Position numbers and translations under genes: made by a program. The notes under the pieces were generated by a model. It had not been told where the DNA came from and searched no databases. It saw only the letters and a list, made by a program, of their open reading frames with translations. Below are positions 59,990 to 64,000 of a stretch of DNA of 64,000 bases, one piece after another (positions within the stretch are counted from its first letter, which is position 1; each line of letters opens with the position of its first letter). This stretch comes from a virus (taxonomy: Duplodnaviria; Caudoviricetes), in IMG/VR virus record IMGVR_UViG_3300042453_002018, positions 18,199 to 82,198 of that record. One strand, given 5' to 3'.

Positions 59990-60004
59990 CACGTCGGAGG
60001 CACT

Positions 60005-60535
60005 ATGCTATCATTCAAACAACATACACAACTAGATGAAGGCAATCCATTAGCAAGATTGGCTAAACATGCGGAAGAAGGTCGTCATTATGCAATTCTT
60101 TCTTCACAGCGACCACATGATGAAGTGTCGCCAGAACAAAATAAAAAGCATCACGAAGAACTAAAAAAGAAACTGACCTCACAAGGTTATACACATAAAG
60201 AAGTAGAAGGACATTGGGAAGGTGGAAAAGAAAAATCAATACTTGTACATGCCAAAGGCAAAGGTGAAGAACACGGAAAACAACTCCTCCATGATGTTAA
60301 AAAACATGGAGAACATTATAATCAAGACTCAATCTTACATCATGATGGAAAAACGGCGACCCTGCACGGAACAAACAAAACGGGATTCCCAGGACATGGC
60401 AAGACGGAGAATGTAGGTAAAATGGCTTTCAATAAGTCACATGTACCATTTCAAACAGAAACAAAACCGAAGTCTGACAAGCCGTTGAAGCCCGGTAGAA
60501 CGAGCAAAGGTTCTGCAAGATTTACGACAGAGTAA
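60005..60535 (+). CDS. putative internal head protein
   Basis: MLSFKQHTQLDE capsid-targeting-like start; His/Lys-rich; YNQDSIL. Confidence 0.55.
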   Translation: MLSFKQHTQLDEGNPLARLAKHAEEGRHYAILSSQRPHDEVSPEQNKKHHEELKKKLTSQGYTHKEVEGHWEGGKEKSILVHAKGKGEEHGKQLLHDVKKHGEHYNQDSILHHDGKTATLHGTNKTGFPGHGKTENVGKMAFNKSHVPFQTETKPKSDKPLKPGRTSKGSARFTTE

Positions 60536-60685
60536 TTATGCAAATTAGTGAACAAGATTATTACGAAAGATTTGAAGCATACTTGAAAGAATGTGGTTCT
60601 AATCCAGGCACAACATTCTTTGGTGCATGGGGTTGGTATGCAGCAAGAAAAAATGAATTTGATGCAATAATGCAAGAAGACGGAA

Positions 60686-60934
60686 TTGTTGTAACTCCTT
60701 CAAAGTGAAGGCATTCTGGACCCGGGTTCGATCCCCGGCATCTCCACCAAAAGTATTCTTGTCCATGGAGTTGGGAACGGAAAGATAAACCGTGAGAATA
60801 CTTTTGATGGGGATGACATGGCTTCGACAGGGTGAGATAGCGGAGAAGGCAACACAGTAGGCGATGACTGTAAATCAAGCAAATCTACAAATGCAAACGA
60901 TGCATTTTACGGAGAAGAACGCCTAGCAGCGTAA
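60686..60934 (+). ncRNA. ssrA: permuted two-piece tmRNA; tag (A)NDAFYGEERLAA*
   Basis: T-arm + CATCTCCACCA (ends 60749) precedes GGGGATG (60809) with G3:U pair; resume codon GCA at 60893, TAA at 60932-60934; 5' boundary approximate. Confidence 0.88.
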
Positions 60935-61002
60935 CTCTCATGGGGTTTAAGTGGGGTGTACCTTATTACCAAAACACCCTACACCAAATTCAGAGATACA
61001 TT

Positions 61003-61725
61003 ATGAAAGTAAACATTGGTCCTTATACAAACTGGTTCGGTCCCTATCAATTAGCAGACTTACTTTGCTTCTGGGCAAAGAAAGTACCCGATGAGTGTGG
61101 CTTTTCACGAAAGCCTGATTGGGTTCACGACTTTGGTACATGGCTTGCAGAAGATCGAAACGGTAACGACTCTTGGTTGACTAAAGTTTGCCAAAAGATT
61201 GAAGAGTACAAGAAGCGCAAAATCAAAATACGCATTGACAAGTATGACACATGGTCAATGGATCACACATTAGGTATGATCGTTTTGCCGATGTTGAAAC
61301 AGTTGCGTGATACTAAACACGGTTCACCACTAGTTGATACAGAAGATGTGCCAGAAGAACTACGTATTAGTGGTTATGACGATTGTTCTTCCCAACTTGA
61401 ATTGAAGTTTGAAGATGATGAAGAATTTCAAAAAAAATCTTGGGACATCACACATCGTCGTTGGGAATGGGTGTTGAATGAAATGATTTTTGCATTTGAA
61501 CACCTCATTGACGATTCGTGGGAAGAAGCATATCGTTCGGGTAATATTGATACACATTCTGTGCCGTGTGAATGGGATGCAGATGGTAAACCAATACTCT
61601 ACACATTTGAACACGGACCAAATCACACATACGAATGTGATTACGATGGCATGAAAAAAGTTTATGATCGTATGGATAACGGTTTTCGTTTATTTGGTAA
61701 ATACTACAGAGGACTTTGGGATTGA
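61003..61725 (+). CDS. conserved phage hypothetical protein
   Basis: IDKYDTWSMDHTL..I.LPML.QL...GFRLFGKYY..LWD. Confidence 0.7.
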   Translation: MKVNIGPYTNWFGPYQLADLLCFWAKKVPDECGFSRKPDWVHDFGTWLAEDRNGNDSWLTKVCQKIEEYKKRKIKIRIDKYDTWSMDHTLGMIVLPMLKQLRDTKHGSPLVDTEDVPEELRISGYDDCSSQLELKFEDDEEFQKKSWDITHRRWEWVLNEMIFAFEHLIDDSWEEAYRSGNIDTHSVPCEWDADGKPILYTFEHGPNHTYECDYDGMKKVYDRMDNGFRLFGKYYRGLWD

Positions 61726-61967
61726 TATGAACAAATCATTTTTGTTGATTGGTGGAGCCGTTCTTCTATTCATGTTCTTGATTGTATTTGTACCACAACC
61801 AAAAGGTACATACATCAATTGTGGATTGTCTGAGATATCTCCAGACTTTACGCCAGAGATGAGGAAATTATGTCGTGAAACGCGGGCTACAAAGTTATAA
61901 ATGACTAAATAAGATTACTGGCACCACACACACTCGCCAGTAAACACACACAACACAGGAGAAACAC

Positions 61968-62240
61968 ATGAGTAATCTGACACCGTTCGAGATTCGTCTT
62001 GAACTTCTAAAAATGGCGAAAGAACTTTTATTGGAAGAGTATTCTTCCAGCAAAGATCGCCTATCAAATGAATGGCACGTAAAGGTAGAGTCTGCTAAAC
62101 TAAACGGACAAGTAATACCTGAACATCCAGCCTTTCCAACTTATCCCACAGAAAACGATATCATCACTAAGGCAGCTGCCTTAAACGGATTCGTTTCCAA
62201 TATCACAGCAGAAAAAACACAAAGCAAAAAAACTGCCTGA
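61968..62240 (+). CDS. conserved small phage protein with CA-rich leader
   Basis: PFEIRLELLKMAK...A..LN.FVS; AGGAG RBS; CTAAATA at 61905. Confidence 0.7.
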   Translation: MSNLTPFEIRLELLKMAKELLLEEYSSSKDRLSNEWHVKVESAKLNGQVIPEHPAFPTYPTENDIITKAAALNGFVSNITAEKTQSKKTA

Positions 62241-62286
62241 CGGGAACAGAGATGCTTCGGCATCTCTCTAACTAACAAGGAGAAAT

Positions 62287-62838
62287 ATGCGTTACATCAC
62301 ACTATTACTTTGTAGTATCTTTGCAGCATTTATAGTTTATATAAGCCATGCGGCAGCACAAGTAAACATACCAATTGTGCCACATGTTCAACTGGAAGAT
62401 TTAGCTCCAATGGCTAGGGCTGAAGTTGAATGTCTTGCACAAAACATGTATTTTGAAGCAGGAGGTGAACCTGAAAAGGGTCAACTAGCAGTAGCATTTG
62501 TCACACACAATAGAGCATTGTCTGGTTCATTTCCAGGAAGCTATTGTGGTGTAGTCAAACAAAGAGAAGGTTATGTTTGTCAATTCTCATGGTATTGTGA
62601 GAGTAGAGCGAAGGCAATGATTGATAGAGGATTGTTGACAATTGAGAACAATGCAGTATATAATAAGATAACTGAGATGGCTTTGAGATTTTATTTGTAT
62701 CCAGAATCTTTCAGAGATCCAACAAAAGGAGCATTGTTCTTTCATGCAAATTATGTGAAGCCTGGTTGGAATAATATGCGTTATACTGCACAAATAGGCA
62801 GACATTTATTTTACAATAAGGTAAGAAGAAATTCATGA
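62287..62838 (+). CDS. cell wall hydrolase (SleB/Hydrolase_2-like)
   Basis: CLAQNMYFEA.GE, CQFSW, DPTKGALFFHA, IGRHLFY. Confidence 0.88.
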   Translation: MRYITLLLCSIFAAFIVYISHAAAQVNIPIVPHVQLEDLAPMARAEVECLAQNMYFEAGGEPEKGQLAVAFVTHNRALSGSFPGSYCGVVKQREGYVCQFSWYCESRAKAMIDRGLLTIENNAVYNKITEMALRFYLYPESFRDPTKGALFFHANYVKPGWNNMRYTAQIGRHLFYNKVRRNS

Positions 62839-63412
62839 GTATTTTATCAAGCAAAAAGGAGAAGATGATGGAAAAAGGATTGAGTAGTGTGACCACAGTT
62901 TCTGTAACTTTGGTTCTACTTTCAATCGTTGCTGCGACATGTTTATATGGTTTGAATGACCGTAAATTAATGGCAGCGAATATTGAAAACGCAATCGCAA
63001 AAGGCATTGATCCACTTGCAGTACGGTGTTCTTATGCCAAGAGTGATGATATCGTTTGTATTGCACACGCAGCAAATCGTAAATAAACGGAGAACTATAT
63101 TATGCACTTTGAAGAAGATAAACACAATTTTACATTTCGATTTGATTCAAATGATGGCGAACGAACTTTAGAGATGGGTTGCAATGAAGTGTTTCTTGGA
63201 GATATTTTAGATCGATTTAAAGAATTTCTACAAGGTTGTGGATACATTGTTGATGGACAACTTGAAGTTACACCACCATGGGATGAGTTTGAAAGACCTA
63301 CAGTCGATACCAAGTTTGACTTTTCGAATATACCAAATAACAACTGGCCATTTTCTGAAAGAAAAACTGGAGATGCTGTGTACTCACCTGTAGTTCATCC
63401 GTCTGAAAAATA

Positions 63413-63637
63413 ATGCCTACTAAAGACGAAATGCTCCAGTTTTCTCTGCAAATAGAGCAGTTGGTGGCTAATACTGATTACACATATCTTGAAGCTATTA
63501 CTGAACATTGCAAAGAAACTGGACTTGAATTAGAAGTTGCTGCTTCACTCATTACACCAAATCTTAAATCGAAGATTCATGAGCAAGCAGAAAGATTAAA
63601 TATGTTAAAAGTGAAAGGCAATCGTTTACCGATATGA
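63413..63637 (+). CDS. gp33: late promoter transcription coactivator (T4 gp33-like)
   Basis: FS..IE......YLEAI..C...LK.KI..A..LN.L; precedes gp59. Confidence 0.8.
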   Translation: MPTKDEMLQFSLQIEQLVANTDYTYLEAITEHCKETGLELEVAASLITPNLKSKIHEQAERLNMLKVKGNRLPI

Positions 63638-64000
63638 CCGGGTATGAGGCATTTTGTTTATATACTTCTCTCAAGCTCCACTTTAATTCAGATTCTTACG
63701 ATTACTTTAAGTATCATGGTAAAGTAAGTACCAGTATTGATGCGTTTGAGAATCGAAAAGATAAATGGCACTTCTACAAACTAAGCAGGAGATTCACAAA
63801 TGATGATCAAGGGCGCGATTATATTGTTGCTAATTTGGTTCATGATTCAGATGTTTGGATAGGACACCTACTCACAAACGATGCTGATATTGAGTATCGT
63901 AAACGACAAAAAGTGATTCAATCATTGACGTATACTTTTACCAACGAAATTGCATCATTAATAAGTCATAAAGACGCTAATGCAGCATTTATGATACATG
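63634..64000 (+). CDS. gp59: helicase loader (T4 gp59-like), 3'-truncated by window
   Basis: MTGYEAFCLYTSLKLHF...YDYFKYHGK...F..RKDK..F.KLSR. Confidence 0.85.
   Translation, partial: MTGYEAFCLYTSLKLHFNSDSYDYFKYHGKVSTSIDAFENRKDKWHFYKLSRRFTNDDQGRDYIVANLVHDSDVWIGHLLTNDADIEYRKRQKVIQSLTYTFTNEIASLISHKDANAAFMIH

Noticed and set aside
60561-60882. Minus-strand ORFs over the tmRNA
   Set aside because: Antisense translations of the tmRNA (VEMPGIEPGS is the usual tRNA-like antisense artefact)

Overview
64 kb of a large T4-like (myovirus-type) phage genome, almost entirely + strand and AT-rich. Core T4-like genes are primase gp61, RNase H, gp33, gp59, ThyX and class Ia NrdAB. The host is probably a Gram-negative proteobacterium, and the PstS, OprP porin, PqqA and spanin genes lean towards a betaproteobacterium; this is inference. 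Layout: (1) 0.4-10 kb late genes, including long charged proteins built from small domains separated by ExxEQLDE-type prohead-protease-like sites, one carrying a HicA-like RNase domain; (2) lysis cassette; (3) replication and nucleotide metabolism; (4) a PstS + phosphate porin module; (5) 28-42 kb of small early ORFs behind many sigma70 promoters; (6) 24 tRNA genes, most in one array; (7) rubrerythrin + pqqA; (8) sugar-nucleotide/glycosyltransferase genes and ClpP; (9) a permuted two-piece tmRNA. Best candidates for undescribed biology: a leader-peptide transcription attenuator ahead of the tRNA array (31-aa uORF with 18 of 20 amino acids and mutually exclusive antiterminator/terminator hairpins), a family of stem-closed CATATTGAAG...CTTCAATATG RNA elements interleaved between tRNAs, a phage-encoded PQQ precursor peptide, and head-packaged polyproteins carrying effector domains. 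All calls are from reading motifs by eye; no searches or folding programs were run.
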